Source: Vicinamibacterales bacterium (GTDB lineage: Bacteria; Acidobacteriota; Vicinamibacteria; Vicinamibacterales; UBA8438). Taken from it: a stretch of 64,000 bases of DNA. The notes under the pieces are model-generated. The model did no database searches. It was not told where the DNA came from and saw nothing but the letters and a program-made list of their open reading frames with translations. Within the stretch, counting starts at the first letter, position 1. Each line of letters begins with the position of its first letter. A program made the translations under genes and the position numbers. The stretch lies in assembly GCA_965220695.1 (NCBI GenBank), contig OZ244838.1, positions 2,530,377 through 2,594,376 on the forward strand, in the 5' to 3' direction. Below are positions 25,587 to 35,032 of the stretch, in pieces.

Positions 25587-26330
25587 GTGGTTCAGAACAT
25601 GCCTTCGCGGATTGGCGCGTTGATCGAGTGGCGACAATCGGCGATTCCCCCGTTCGGAACGCCGATTCCAGGGCAATCGCCTTCTCCGCAGCCGGGACCG
25701 CGCTGTTTTGGGTCTCCTCCGGTTGCAAGGCAGACTTCGGCGAGCGAACGGCGGTCGGGGTTCCTGCCTGGTGCGATCGGCGATTCTGCCTTCTTTGAGG
25801 AGGCAAGACTCGCGTGGGGCGGACTGGTTTCCGACAGCCGGCAAGTTCTTGGACGCATGCCCAGAGTGGCTGCAGCCGGCCGTGTATTGACTGTAGGCCT
25901 TGGGCCGTGGTCTCGCGAAACATCGACGCCTGAGTTGCTGTCCGAGCTGATGAAGTCGCCGGTCGCGCACGGGGAGACTGCAGCCTGGCAAACCAGGACT
26001 TTACCGATGGCGTCTGTCATCTGGTCCCTGGTCGAGCGTCAGCAGGTTGGAGCTGCCAGGCAACTCTTGTCGTCGTTGCCCGACGCGCTTGAGTATCGAC
26101 GGCTACGTTCGCTCCTGCGGCGACCACGCACCTGGTCGGCACCAAGAAGGGATCGAGAGCGGTCGGTAGATTTTCGGTGGCTGCGCCAGCACAGCCGCGA
26201 CTACGTCGGGCGGTGGGTCGCCCTTGCCGGCGGAAACCTACTGGCTGAGGCCGATTCTCTTCACGCGCTGCGCAGTCAACTCCGACAAGGCGCTCCACAG
26301 GCGAGGCCTCTGATCCACTTCATTAGGTAG
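25587..26330 (+). CDS. Protein with C-terminal DUF5678-like domain (start uncertain; alternative ATG 26007)
   Basis: The C-terminus FRWLRQHSRDYVGRWVALAGGNLLAEADSLHALRSQL...PLIHFI resembles the small W..H...Y.G.WVAl.g domain often found next to retropepsin-like proteases. The N-terminal 140 aa are low-complexity and may not be coding. Confidence 0.4.
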   Translation: MVQNMPSRIGALIEWRQSAIPPFGTPIPGQSPSPQPGPRCFGSPPVARQTSASERRSGFLPGAIGDSAFFEEARLAWGGLVSDSRQVLGRMPRVAAAGRVLTVGLGPWSRETSTPELLSELMKSPVAHGETAAWQTRTLPMASVIWSLVERQQVGAARQLLSSLPDALEYRRLRSLLRRPRTWSAPRRDRERSVDFRWLRQHSRDYVGRWVALAGGNLLAEADSLHALRSQLRQGAPQARPLIHFIR

Positions 26331-26334
26331 CCTG

Positions 26335-26790
26335 ATGCCGATGCTGGAACTTGAGGGAAAGCCGTTCAGCGTCGGGCGGGCTACGTATCTCGACACGCCC
26401 CCGGCTTCGCCGGGCGCGTCTTCCAGGATCTACGTCAAGATCGAGTTCGAAGGAGAGGACGGCCCCGTGATGCCTTTGGCGCTTCTCGACACCGGCGCCG
26501 AATGGTCTGTACTGGAGCGCGAGATTGCCGAGAGCGTTGGCTTGACAGGTGCTGATGGGCAGGCGATTACGTTAAGGCACAAGAACGGCGAGAGTTCTGG
26601 AAAGCTCGTCAAGGCGAACGTCCGACTTCTCGCCGATGAGGGCGAAGACCTTGTGGTGGAGGCAACGGTGTTTGTCCCCGACGAGAATCACGACGTCGGC
26701 GGCACATTCGTGGGTTACACGGCGTTGCTAGAGCAGGTGAGGCTCGGGCTCGATCCTCAGAACAATCAGATCTACTTCGGCAGATATTGA
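26335..26790 (+). CDS. Retropepsin-like (clan AA) aspartic protease
   Basis: 151-aa ORF with the catalytic-type motif LLDTGAEWSVL (D-T-G-A). Size is typical of single-lobe bacterial retropepsin-like proteins. Confidence 0.65.
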   Translation: MPMLELEGKPFSVGRATYLDTPPASPGASSRIYVKIEFEGEDGPVMPLALLDTGAEWSVLEREIAESVGLTGADGQAITLRHKNGESSGKLVKANVRLLADEGEDLVVEATVFVPDENHDVGGTFVGYTALLEQVRLGLDPQNNQIYFGRY

Positions 26791-26804
26791 GACCGTCGGG
26801 CGCC

Positions 26805-27962
26805 TCAGAAACTGTATCCGTCCGGCGAGTACGCGACGGCCCCCGGGAAGTAGATGTTCTCGATGATGGAGCGACCCATGTAAACGGGGGACGTCGCGGT
26901 CCTGTTCCGAGCCAGAGTCCGCATGAACGCGTTCTCGTCCTCCGGCGCCGGGATGCCCACCTCGAGGCAGGTGCGGACGATCCCGGCCATCTCCTCGGGC
27001 TCGTCGCGTTGCAGGTAGTGGTTGGCCGTGGGCAGCAGCCAGTAGCTGCTCTCCGCCGCCCGCTTGTCGAGATAGTTGTACCAGATGTGATTGCCGATGC
27101 GGGGCGGGTTCACCGTGTCCAGAAGCCCCCAGATGAGCGCCGTCGGGATCGGGCTCTCGCGCAGGGTGTCCAGCCAGCGGTACTCGTTCGCTGTTCGCTC
27201 AAGCAGGTACTTGCCGACATACAGCCGTGCGCCGATCCCGTCGTTGAACGCCTGGATGTCAGCGTAGGCGACCTGCCGCGGCGTGCCTTCCGTCACCCGC
27301 GGCCGGGCCTGCTGCGCCCGGATCAGCTCGGGACCTCGCACGGCGTCCTGAATCGCGTACTGGCCCGGGCTGAGGTTGGCCAGGGGCAGAAAGAGCCCGC
27401 CGTTGGATATGAAGTGATAGGTGATCTCGTAGGCCCTCTCCTCACGCGCCAGGTAGTTGCCCAGAAAGGCGAAGCCGACGCTGCCGCCGCGATCGTGGGT
27501 CAGGAGATGGAACCGGGACAGTCCCACGACCTCCCGGACGAAGTGATCGACGAGCTTCGCGTCGTCCTCCAGCATGTACGAATAGCCGTCTTGCGGCTTG
27601 TCCGAGAAGCCGAAACCGGGAAAGTCGAGGACAGCGACGAAGTAATCCTCTTCCAGGAAGGGAATCATCTCCCGGAAGTCGAAACTCGACGTGGGATAGC
27701 CGTGCAGAATCAGCAGCGCCGGGTTGGCGCGGTTCCCGAAGGTCCGGTAGAAGACATTGACTCGACGGCCCTCGTTGTTGGGCGTCGTCGAGGTCCACTC
27801 GAAGTACTCTCCGGAGCGGTACCACTCTTCGGCGAGCGGGGAATAGAATGTGAAATCGGTCTGGGGAGCGCGCGTCTGCGAGCCGATCACGGTCGCACTC
27901 GCGTAGGGGCTCACGAGCGCCGGACCCGCGGCCGCGAGCTTCAGGAATGAACGTCTATCCAT
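26805..27962 (-). CDS. Tat-exported alpha/beta hydrolase
   Basis: 385 aa. Twin-arginine-like leader MDRRSFLKLAAAGPALV. LILHGYPTSSFDFREM and HDRGGSVG (nucleophile-elbow-like) motifs. Its 3' end is the source of the fragments at 16430 and 19159. Confidence 0.75.
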   Translation of the reverse strand: MDRRSFLKLAAAGPALVSPYASATVIGSQTRAPQTDFTFYSPLAEEWYRSGEYFEWTSTTPNNEGRRVNVFYRTFGNRANPALLILHGYPTSSFDFREMIPFLEEDYFVAVLDFPGFGFSDKPQDGYSYMLEDDAKLVDHFVREVVGLSRFHLLTHDRGGSVGFAFLGNYLAREERAYEITYHFISNGGLFLPLANLSPGQYAIQDAVRGPELIRAQQARPRVTEGTPRQVAYADIQAFNDGIGARLYVGKYLLERTANEYRWLDTLRESPIPTALIWGLLDTVNPPRIGNHIWYNYLDKRAAESSYWLLPTANHYLQRDEPEEMAGIVRTCLEVGIPAPEDENAFMRTLARNRTATSPVYMGRSIIENIYFPGAVAYSPDGYSF

Positions 27963-28301
27963 TGCACCTGCCTCTCAGTCGTTGGTCGGTCGGTCCGGGC
28001 GGCCCGTGCTGCCGGACCCATGTTCGCGTTCCCGGCGTCGATGGGCCTCGGGCCGTGACATCATCTTCATCCCGCGCTGCCGCACTGTCAACGTGAGGCC
28101 GCGTCGTCGCCGGCGAGAGCGAGACGATTGAGCACGCTGCAGACAGGCGATACCATAGTTGGCTGGGTGGCCGGAATCTGCGCCGGGGATCCGGTGCGCC
28201 GCGACGGTGGAGGCCAGCCCACCTGCTTGGAGAATCGACTTCCTGCGGTGGTGGGGGGTCGTCCGGACACACGGCCAGCCCACATGCCTGGAGATTCAAC
28301 G

Positions 28302-29495
28302 ATGACATATGGACACGTCCTGAGGGCGATGACGATAGTGCTTGCGGTCGTCGGCGCCGCCGCCGCGCAAACGCCGGAGACGGTGCAGCCGGCGCACGAC
28401 AACCTGGAGCCGGGCACGCGCACCGACGACCTGGGCATCACCATCGGCATCCCGGTGGAGCATCCCGGACGCCGCTACCCGGCGTCGCACGAGTTTCCCA
28501 CCGGGCCCGAGATCGGCGAGCGCCTGCCGACGTTCACGCTGCCCAACCAGCAGGGCCGGCTCATCGACTATCACGCCGATCGGGGCGACTCGAAATCGAT
28601 TGTGGTGTTCTATCGCTCGGCGGTGTGGTGACCGTACTGCCGCACGCAGCTGGTCGAGCTGCAAGACAACCTGGACCTCTTCGAGGACGCCGGCATCCGC
28701 GTCTACGGCATCAGCTACGACCGCCCGGGCCAGCTCCTGGCCTTTGCCGAGCAGTACGACGTGACCTACGACCTGCTGTCGGACGTCGATTCGGCGGTGA
28801 TTCGGGAGTTCGGCATCCTCAACACGCTGATCTCTCCCGACGACCCTGAACAGGCGGCCGGACGCAGTTTCCATGGCGTGCCGTTCCCGGGTGTCTACGT
28901 GACGGACGAGCACGGCGTGGTCACGGAGAAGTTCTTCCACCGCCACTATGCGACGCGTGAATCGGCGGGCAGCATCCGCGACTCGGCGCTGGGCGAGATT
29001 CTGGCGCGTCACGAGGTGCCGGCCGTCGAGCTGGGCACCGACCAGGTGCGGATCTCCGCCTTCCTGTCCGATACCTCGCTGAAGTTCGAGACCCAGTCGA
29101 CGATCTACGTGCGGTTCGAGCTCGAAGAGGGCCTGCACATGTATGGCCGGCCGCTGCCCGACGGGTACATCGCCTCGGGGGCCACCATACCGGACACGCC
29201 CGGGTTGCGAGTGGGGGCCGCGCGATACCCGCCGACCCACCCTCGGGAGTTCCCGGAGCTGGGGGTCACGCTCAACGTCTACGAGGGGGTTGTCGACGTC
29301 GCGATTCCGGCGACGCCGAATTCCGAGCTGTTCAACCCCGGGGGCCAGGACCAGCCGGAGGAACTGATCGTCCCGGTGTCGGTGCTGTTCCAGGTCTGCA
29401 GCGAGACGATCTGCTACACACCGCGGACGGAGACGGTGTCGCTGACGCTGCCTGTCGCGCCCCTGCTGAGGCCCGGCGCTCCGCGAGCACGGTAG
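28302..29495 (+). CDS. Secreted redoxin/AhpC-TSA-type thiol:disulfide oxidoreductase selenoprotein (Sec at TGA 28629-28631) fused to a DsbD-N-terminal-like domain
   Basis: Track ORFs 28128..28631 and 28761..29495 are in the same frame, separated only by the TGA. The context IVVFYRSAVW-[TGA]-PYCRTQLVELQ is the W-C-P-x-C redoxin active site with Sec replacing the first Cys. Signal peptide MTYGHVLRAMTIVLAVVGAAAAQ. C-terminus ...FQVCSETICYTPR is DsbD-alpha-like. Confidence 0.8.
28646..28662 (+). promoter_or_regulatory. SECIS-like hairpin after TGA 28629
   Basis: GCAGCU-GGUCG-AGCUGC (6-bp stem). The GGUC-containing loop begins 21 nt after the UGA, reminiscent of the E. coli fdhF SECIS loop. The stem is short, so this is tentative. 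Confidence 0.4.
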
Positions 29496-29616
29496 CGGCT
29501 ATCGGTGTGCCGGCCGGCGTGAGAGCGTGACCTGGCGCTACACGAGCACGGTAGCACCCCAGGCCGGCGCCGGCGCCGGCGTCGGAGGTGACCTGGTGCT
29601 CCGCGCGCACGGTAAG
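29471..29616 (+). repeat. About 2.5 copies of a ~60-bp tandem repeat seeded by the last 25 nt of the Sec-redoxin gene
   Basis: gcccggcgctccgcgagcacggtagc (29471-29496), gacctggcgctacacgagcacggtagc (29529-29555), gacctggtgctccgcgcgcacggtaag (29590-29616). Confidence 0.6.
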
Positions 29617-29654
29617 AACCGATGCGACCAGGGCGACATCGAACCGAGGTGAGC

Positions 29655-30794
29655 ATGACGCCGATTCCGCCCGTTCGAAACGGCCGCTTCCGATTGATGT
29701 TGGGCCCGGTCGTGCTGCTTGGCCTCGCCGCCTGCGGCCCGACCGGCGGCGGCGGGAGCGACGCCGCCGGCGAGCCGGACGCTCCCGCTACAGAGACCCT
29801 GGCCGAGCGCCCGCCGGTCGACGGGGCCGAGTATCGTGAACTGGACGTCAACGGCATCCGGATGCGCGTGGTCGAGCAGGGCGAGGGCCCGCTGGTGCTG
29901 CTGGCGCACGGGTGGCCCGAGTCCTGGTACTCGTGGCGGCACCAACTCCCCGCGTTGGCTGCCGCCGGCTACCATGCCGTCGCGCCGGACATGAGGGGCT
30001 ATGGCGGCAGCGATGCGCCGCCCGCCGTGGAAGACTACGACATCTTCCACCTTTGTGGTGACCTGGTCGGACTGATCGAGGCGCTGGGTGAAGCACAAGC
30101 GGTGCTGGTCGCGCATGACTGGGGCGCGGTGGTCGCGCGCGACTGCGTGCGTCTCGAGCCGGACCGCTTCTCGGCCGTCGTCAACATGAGCGTGCCGTTC
30201 GGCGGTCCGGGGCCGACGTCGCCGATCGAGAACATGAAGCGGCGATACGGCGACAACTTCTACTACATCCTCTACTTTCAGGAGTTGGACGCGGACGGGA
30301 ACGGCGTGGCCGACGCCGAGTTCGACGCCGACCCCCGTGGCATCCTGAGCCGGTTGTATCTGACCGGCGCCACCCGGCGTCCGCCGCAGGTCACCGACCC
30401 CCTGAGGTCGGCGGGCGGCATGATTCCCCGGTCGGGAGAGCCCACGGACTTTCCATCGTGGATCGACGCCGGCGAACTGGATTACTACGTCGAGGAGTTC
30501 ACCCGCGCCGGTTTTCGCGGCGGTATCAACTACTACCGCAACTTTCATCGGAACTGGGAGCTGACGCGGGAACTTCAGGACGTGCCGGTGTCGCAGCCGG
30601 CGATGTTCATCGCGGGGGAGAACGATGGTGTGATCGGCGGCGCCACCCGGGAAGTGCTCACCACCCGGCTGCGCCAGGCGGCGACCGACCCCCGCGGCGT
30701 CCACGTGCTCCCCGGCGCCGGTCACTGGGTGCAGCAGCAGGAGCCGCAGGAGGTGAACCGCCTACTCCTCGATTTCCTGGAGGGGTTGCGCTAG
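29655..30794 (+). CDS. Epoxide-hydrolase-like alpha/beta hydrolase lipoprotein
   Basis: Track ORF 29622..30794. ATG 29655 follows GAGG. Lipobox LLGLAAC. LLAHGWPESWYSWRHQ and VAHDWGA motifs typical of EH-type alpha/beta hydrolases. Confidence 0.8.
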   Translation: MTPIPPVRNGRFRLMLGPVVLLGLAACGPTGGGGSDAAGEPDAPATETLAERPPVDGAEYRELDVNGIRMRVVEQGEGPLVLLAHGWPESWYSWRHQLPALAAAGYHAVAPDMRGYGGSDAPPAVEDYDIFHLCGDLVGLIEALGEAQAVLVAHDWGAVVARDCVRLEPDRFSAVVNMSVPFGGPGPTSPIENMKRRYGDNFYYILYFQELDADGNGVADAEFDADPRGILSRLYLTGATRRPPQVTDPLRSAGGMIPRSGEPTDFPSWIDAGELDYYVEEFTRAGFRGGINYYRNFHRNWELTRELQDVPVSQPAMFIAGENDGVIGGATREVLTTRLRQAATDPRGVHVLPGAGHWVQQQEPQEVNRLLLDFLEGLR

Positions 30795-31091
30795 ATCAGA
30801 TTGTCCTCACGGCTCCGACCAGGTCAGGTCAACGGGTTGGCGGTCGCAAATCCTCCCGGCGCTGGTGGCGGCCGGGTGCATCTTGTTCCCGGTGTTGCTG
30901 AACCGGTCGCTCCCGCCAGGAGCGTTCGACCAGCTTTTCGAGGGGTGAGCCGCGCCCGCCCCGTTCCCTGCGTGGACCGATCCTGCGCGTGCGCCAACGC
31001 CTGCAACCCCCTATAATCGGGCGAACAACGTCCATGACGCGGGTCGCGGCGCTCGCCCCGCCACGCCCGCGTGGTCAGGAGGCAGGCACAG

Positions 31092-31592
31092 ATGAGCGAT
31101 GTCCAATTGACGGTCAACGGGAGCACGCGCACCGTCGATATCGACCCGTCGACGCCGCTGTTGTACATCCTGCGCAACGACCTCGGTATGCGCGGTCCGC
31201 GCTTCGGGTGCGGCCTCGGGCAGTGCGGCGCGTGCACCGTGATCATCGACGGCAGCGCTGTCCGGTCGTGCGTCACCCCGACCTCCAGCGTGCAGGGCGC
31301 CATCACCACGCTCGAGGGACTCTCTGAAGAGGGCCGGCTGCATCCGGTCCAGCAGGCCTGGATCGAGGAGCAGGTGCCGCAGTGCGGTTTCTGTCAGAAC
31401 GGCCAGATCATGACCGCCAAGGCGCTGCTGGACCGCAATCCCACCCCTACGGACAGCGAGATTCGCGAGGGGATGAACGGCGCCCTGTGCCGGTGCATGA
31501 CCTACTACCGCGTGCAGGCCGCGATCAAACGTGCCGCCGGCGCGCTGGCGGCGGATCGTTCGGGGCCGGACGGAAAGCAGGTGAACGCATGA
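31092..31592 (+). CDS. (2Fe-2S)-binding small subunit of a molybdopterin-dependent oxidoreductase (IorA/aldehyde-dehydrogenase type)
   Basis: ATG 31092 follows AGGAGG. GCGLGQCGACTV and CGFCQNG...CRC cluster motifs. Confidence 0.85.
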   Translation: MSDVQLTVNGSTRTVDIDPSTPLLYILRNDLGMRGPRFGCGLGQCGACTVIIDGSAVRSCVTPTSSVQGAITTLEGLSEEGRLHPVQQAWIEEQVPQCGFCQNGQIMTAKALLDRNPTPTDSEIREGMNGALCRCMTYYRVQAAIKRAAGALAADRSGPDGKQVNA

Positions 31593-33967
31593 TCCCCTTC
31601 ACGAGCGTCCCCGCTCAGATTGAAGACCTGCTCGAGCGCCGGGCTCCGACTCCCTCGCGTCGAACGTTTCTCAAGACCTCCGGCCTGTTCGTGGTCAGCG
31701 TCGGTGCGGCAGCCGTCGCCGGTCCGTGGCAGACCCGGGCGCAGGCCCAGCGTGCGGGCGGACCGTTCCCCGATCCGGACTTTCGCCAGCTCGATTCCTG
31801 GATCGTGATCCACGAGGACGGCACCGCGACGTTCCTTGTCGGAAAGACCGATCTCGGCCAGGGCACCGGGACCGCGTTCCGGCAGATGATGGCCGACGAA
31901 CTGGACATCGCCTACGACCGCACCAGCCTCATCATGGGCAGCACCGATGTGACGGTCGACCAGGGCGGCTCGGGCGGGTCCGACGCCATCCAGCGCGACG
32001 GCTGGCCGGCGCGGCGGGTCGCGGCAGAGGCGCGGCGGGTGCTGCTGGCGCTGGCCGCCGACCGGCTCGGCGTAGCGGTCGACCAGTTGACGGTCCGCGA
32101 GGGGGTGATCGCGGTCGCGGCGGTTCCGTCCAGACGCGTCACCTATGGCGCCTTGATCGGCGGACGCCGATTCAACGTCACGCTGGCCGGCGCCAACGTC
32201 AACGCCGCAACCGGCGAGGCGGAACTCAAGTCGGTGCAGGAACTGCGCATCGTGGGCCGGTCAATCCCCCGCTACGACATTCCGGCCAAGGTCGATGGCT
32301 CGCTGACGTGGGCCGTGGACGTGCGGCTCGCCGGCATGGTCCACGCGCGCAACGTCAAACCGCCGCTGGCTGGCGCCCAACTGGCCGGCATCGACGAGTC
32401 GTCGGTGCGGGACCTGCCCGGGTTCGTCCAGATCGTGCGCGAGGGCAACTACGTCGCAGTCGTGTGCGAGCGGGAGGAACAGGCGATTCAGGCCGCCCGG
32501 CAGCTCCGCGCCGAGTGGGTTCCGCCGGCGGACGCCCCGTTCCCGACCTCTGAGGATCTGTACACCTACATGCGCACGGCGACGCCCATGTCGACCTCGA
32601 GATCGGATGTCGCCGGCGATCCCGACGGCGCGCTGCGCCGGGCGGCACAGGTGGTCGAGGCCGAGTACGAGTTCCCGTTTCAGGGCCACACGGCGATCGG
32701 CCCGGCGCACGCAACGGCCGACCCGTCGAACGGCGGGATGACGATCTACTCCAACGACATGAAATCGTACGGGCTGCGCAACGGTGTCGCCGAATTCCTG
32801 GGCCTGCCGCGGGACCGGGTGCGTGTCGTCTGGATGGATGGCCCGCAGGCGTACGGCCGCACCGCCGCCGATGACGCCGGCTTCGAAGCCGCCTTCCTGG
32901 CCCGCCAGATCGGCCGGCCGGTTCGCGTGCAATGGATGCGGGACGAGGAAACGGCGTGGGATACCAAGGGCCCGGCCTACACCTGCCGCCTCCGCGGCGG
33001 GCTGGACGCCGCGGGTCGCCTCACGGCACTGGACTACGACGGGCGCGCCGCCGACTACAACCACGTCGGGTACAACGATCCCGACACCGTGTTGATCGCG
33101 CAGCTTACCGGACGCCGGCGGACCTCCCCGGCGAGAGGTCGAGCCGATGGCCCCAACGACCTGTACACGGTATCGAACCGGCGCAGCACCGCGCACGTGG
33201 TGAGCCTGCCGCTCGTCTGGGAGACGCCGTTGCGCACCGGCAACCTCCGGGACCCCAATGGACCGCAGGTCACCTTCGCCTCCGAGTCGTTCATCGACGA
33301 ACTGGCGGCTGCCTCGAACGCCGACCCGGTCGAGTTCCGCCTGCGTCTCCTCGGGGCCAGCCGTGAAGACGACGCACAGTTCAAGCGCGCCCGCTCGATC
33401 GCGGTCGTCACCGCCGCGGCGGACGCCTATGGATGGCAGACGCGTCCATCACCAGGGCCGCTCGGCGCCGGCACGATGCTGACCGGGCGCGGCATCGCCT
33501 ACGCCTACCGCAGCCAGACCGTGCTCGCCGAAATCGCCGAGGTGGAGGTGAATCGCGACACGGGCCACGTCCGGGTCAAGCGGCTCGTCTGCGCGCACGA
33601 CTGCGGGCTGGTCATCAATCCGGAAGGCCTGCGCCGCACCGTCGAATGCGGCATGCTCCACACGGTGAGCCGGGCCCTGCACGAGGAAGTGCAGTTCGAT
33701 ACCGAGAAAGTCACGAGCGTGAACTGGACGTCCTCCCCCACCCTGACGCATGCCGATGCGCCGGCGCAGATCGACGTCATCATCGTGAACGGCGACCCCA
33801 ACCCCGAGCGGCCCGATCTGCCGCACTACGGAGCCGGCGAGGCGGCCTGCAAGCCCACGGTGGCGGCGATCGCCAACGCCATCCACGACGCCACCGGCGT
33901 CCGCATTCGCCGGGCGCCGTTCAGGGCTGCCCGGGTGCTGGCCGCGCTGCAGACGGCACGGCTGTAA
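31589..33967 (+). CDS. Molybdopterin-binding large subunit (IorB/aldehyde oxidase-xanthine dehydrogenase family), Tat-exported
   Basis: ATG 31589 overlaps the small-subunit stop (ATGA). Tat-like SRRTFLKTSGLFVV. About 790 aa, typical for IorB-like subunits. Confidence 0.8.
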   Translation: MIPFTSVPAQIEDLLERRAPTPSRRTFLKTSGLFVVSVGAAAVAGPWQTRAQAQRAGGPFPDPDFRQLDSWIVIHEDGTATFLVGKTDLGQGTGTAFRQMMADELDIAYDRTSLIMGSTDVTVDQGGSGGSDAIQRDGWPARRVAAEARRVLLALAADRLGVAVDQLTVREGVIAVAAVPSRRVTYGALIGGRRFNVTLAGANVNAATGEAELKSVQELRIVGRSIPRYDIPAKVDGSLTWAVDVRLAGMVHARNVKPPLAGAQLAGIDESSVRDLPGFVQIVREGNYVAVVCEREEQAIQAARQLRAEWVPPADAPFPTSEDLYTYMRTATPMSTSRSDVAGDPDGALRRAAQVVEAEYEFPFQGHTAIGPAHATADPSNGGMTIYSNDMKSYGLRNGVAEFLGLPRDRVRVVWMDGPQAYGRTAADDAGFEAAFLARQIGRPVRVQWMRDEETAWDTKGPAYTCRLRGGLDAAGRLTALDYDGRAADYNHVGYNDPDTVLIAQLTGRRRTSPARGRADGPNDLYTVSNRRSTAHVVSLPLVWETPLRTGNLRDPNGPQVTFASESFIDELAAASNADPVEFRLRLLGASREDDAQFKRARSIAVVTAAADAYGWQTRPSPGPLGAGTMLTGRGIAYAYRSQTVLAEIAEVEVNRDTGHVRVKRLVCAHDCGLVINPEGLRRTVECGMLHTVSRALHEEVQFDTEKVTSVNWTSSPTLTHADAPAQIDVIIVNGDPNPERPDLPHYGAGEAACKPTVAAIANAIHDATGVRIRRAPFRAARVLAALQTARL

Positions 33968-34374
33968 TGCGTGGACAGGCAGAAACCCCCGTTCATTCGT
34001 CGACAGCAGATGATGGGCCGCTGCGAGCCGCGGCAGACGTCACCGATGCGAGACCGACAGGAGATTATGGAGGCCCTCCGGTCCAACACGCCAAGCCGGC
34101 CCCGAGCGGATTGACTCCCCCGTCATGCACCTTGGCCGGGCGTCAACGGCGGAAGGGGAGCCGGGATGGACCGGGTTGATCGGTGATACAAGGCAGTGCG
34201 GCGAGCGACGCAGGCACCGACCGGATCCGGTGGCGTTCGGCGTCGGAAGCACCGGCGCGCGGATGGGGTGGTACGCGCCGGCGTGAGCAGCATCGCGATG
34301 AGCACGCTCGTCCAGGCCGTGTGTCGCGTCGCGCTGACTTGAAACGTTGACAATCCCACCCCGTACGGCGGGAT

Positions 34375-34806
34375 TCATGATTCCGCTTCGTTGAATGGGT
34401 TCAGGACCTGAACCGACCCGAACATCTGTCCGTGGTTGAGGTCTTCCGAGTAGATCACCGACGCGCCGCCCTTCCTGGCAGCGACGACGATCAGGGCATC
34501 CCAAAACGAGAGCTGGTGCCGGTGTCCCACGTCGACGGCTTCGAGGACGGCCGCGCCGTCATTGACGACAGGATCCCACGCCAGATAGTCGGCAACCAGG
34601 GTCCTGGCTTCTTCCTGCGGGACGGACGGTCGAGCCTTGCGCCGAACGTTGACGTATAACTCCTGCAAGACCTGCGTGCTCAGGATCCCGCTGCCTTCGT
34701 TCCACAGCTTCTCCACGAGATCACGTGCGCGACCGTGCTTCCACCCAGACGCCCGGTCGTACGCGTAGACGAGCACGTTGGTATCAACGAAGGTCTTCAC
34801 GATCAT
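34375..34806 (-). CDS. vapC: PIN-domain toxin VapC
   Basis: MIVKTFVDTNVLVYAYD... with conserved acidic residues (D at positions 8/9, SFWDALIV, SEDL). Overlaps the upstream antitoxin gene. Confidence 0.8.
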   Translation of the reverse strand: MIVKTFVDTNVLVYAYDRASGWKHGRARDLVEKLWNEGSGILSTQVLQELYVNVRRKARPSVPQEEARTLVADYLAWDPVVNDGAAVLEAVDVGHRHQLSFWDALIVVAARKGGASVIYSEDLNHGQMFGSVQVLNPFNEAES

Positions 34807-35032
34807 GCACCTCGTCGCGGCTGAGGGGGCGCTTCCCTCCCATGTCGTAGCCCTGCCGCAGACGAGGCAACGCCCGCCGCCTGGCCGCCGCGTAGGCCTC
34901 ATCGCCTCGGACCAGCGTCTCCAGTTGCTCCGCGACGAGACGGCTGAGCGACGTCCCGCGTCGCGCCGCGAACACCTTGGCGTCCCGGGCCAGATCCGCG
35001 TCGACCTTGATCGTGATGTTCGTGCCGTTCAA
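34784..35032 (-). CDS. vapB: Ribbon-helix-helix-type antitoxin (VapB-like)
   Basis: 82 aa, MNGTNITIKVDADLARDAKVFAARRGTSLSRLVAEQLE. Immediately upstream of vapC. Confidence 0.65.
   Translation of the reverse strand: MNGTNITIKVDADLARDAKVFAARRGTSLSRLVAEQLETLVRGDEAYAAARRRALPRLRQGYDMGGKRPLSRDEVHDREDLR

Noticed and set aside
31012-31091. Possible Moco riboswitch or leader structure upstream of the molybdoenzyme genes
   Set aside because: The region between a TATAAT-like box and the start is only about 75 nt. It shows one small hairpin (CCACGC-CC-GCGTGG) and is too short and featureless for the Moco RNA motif.
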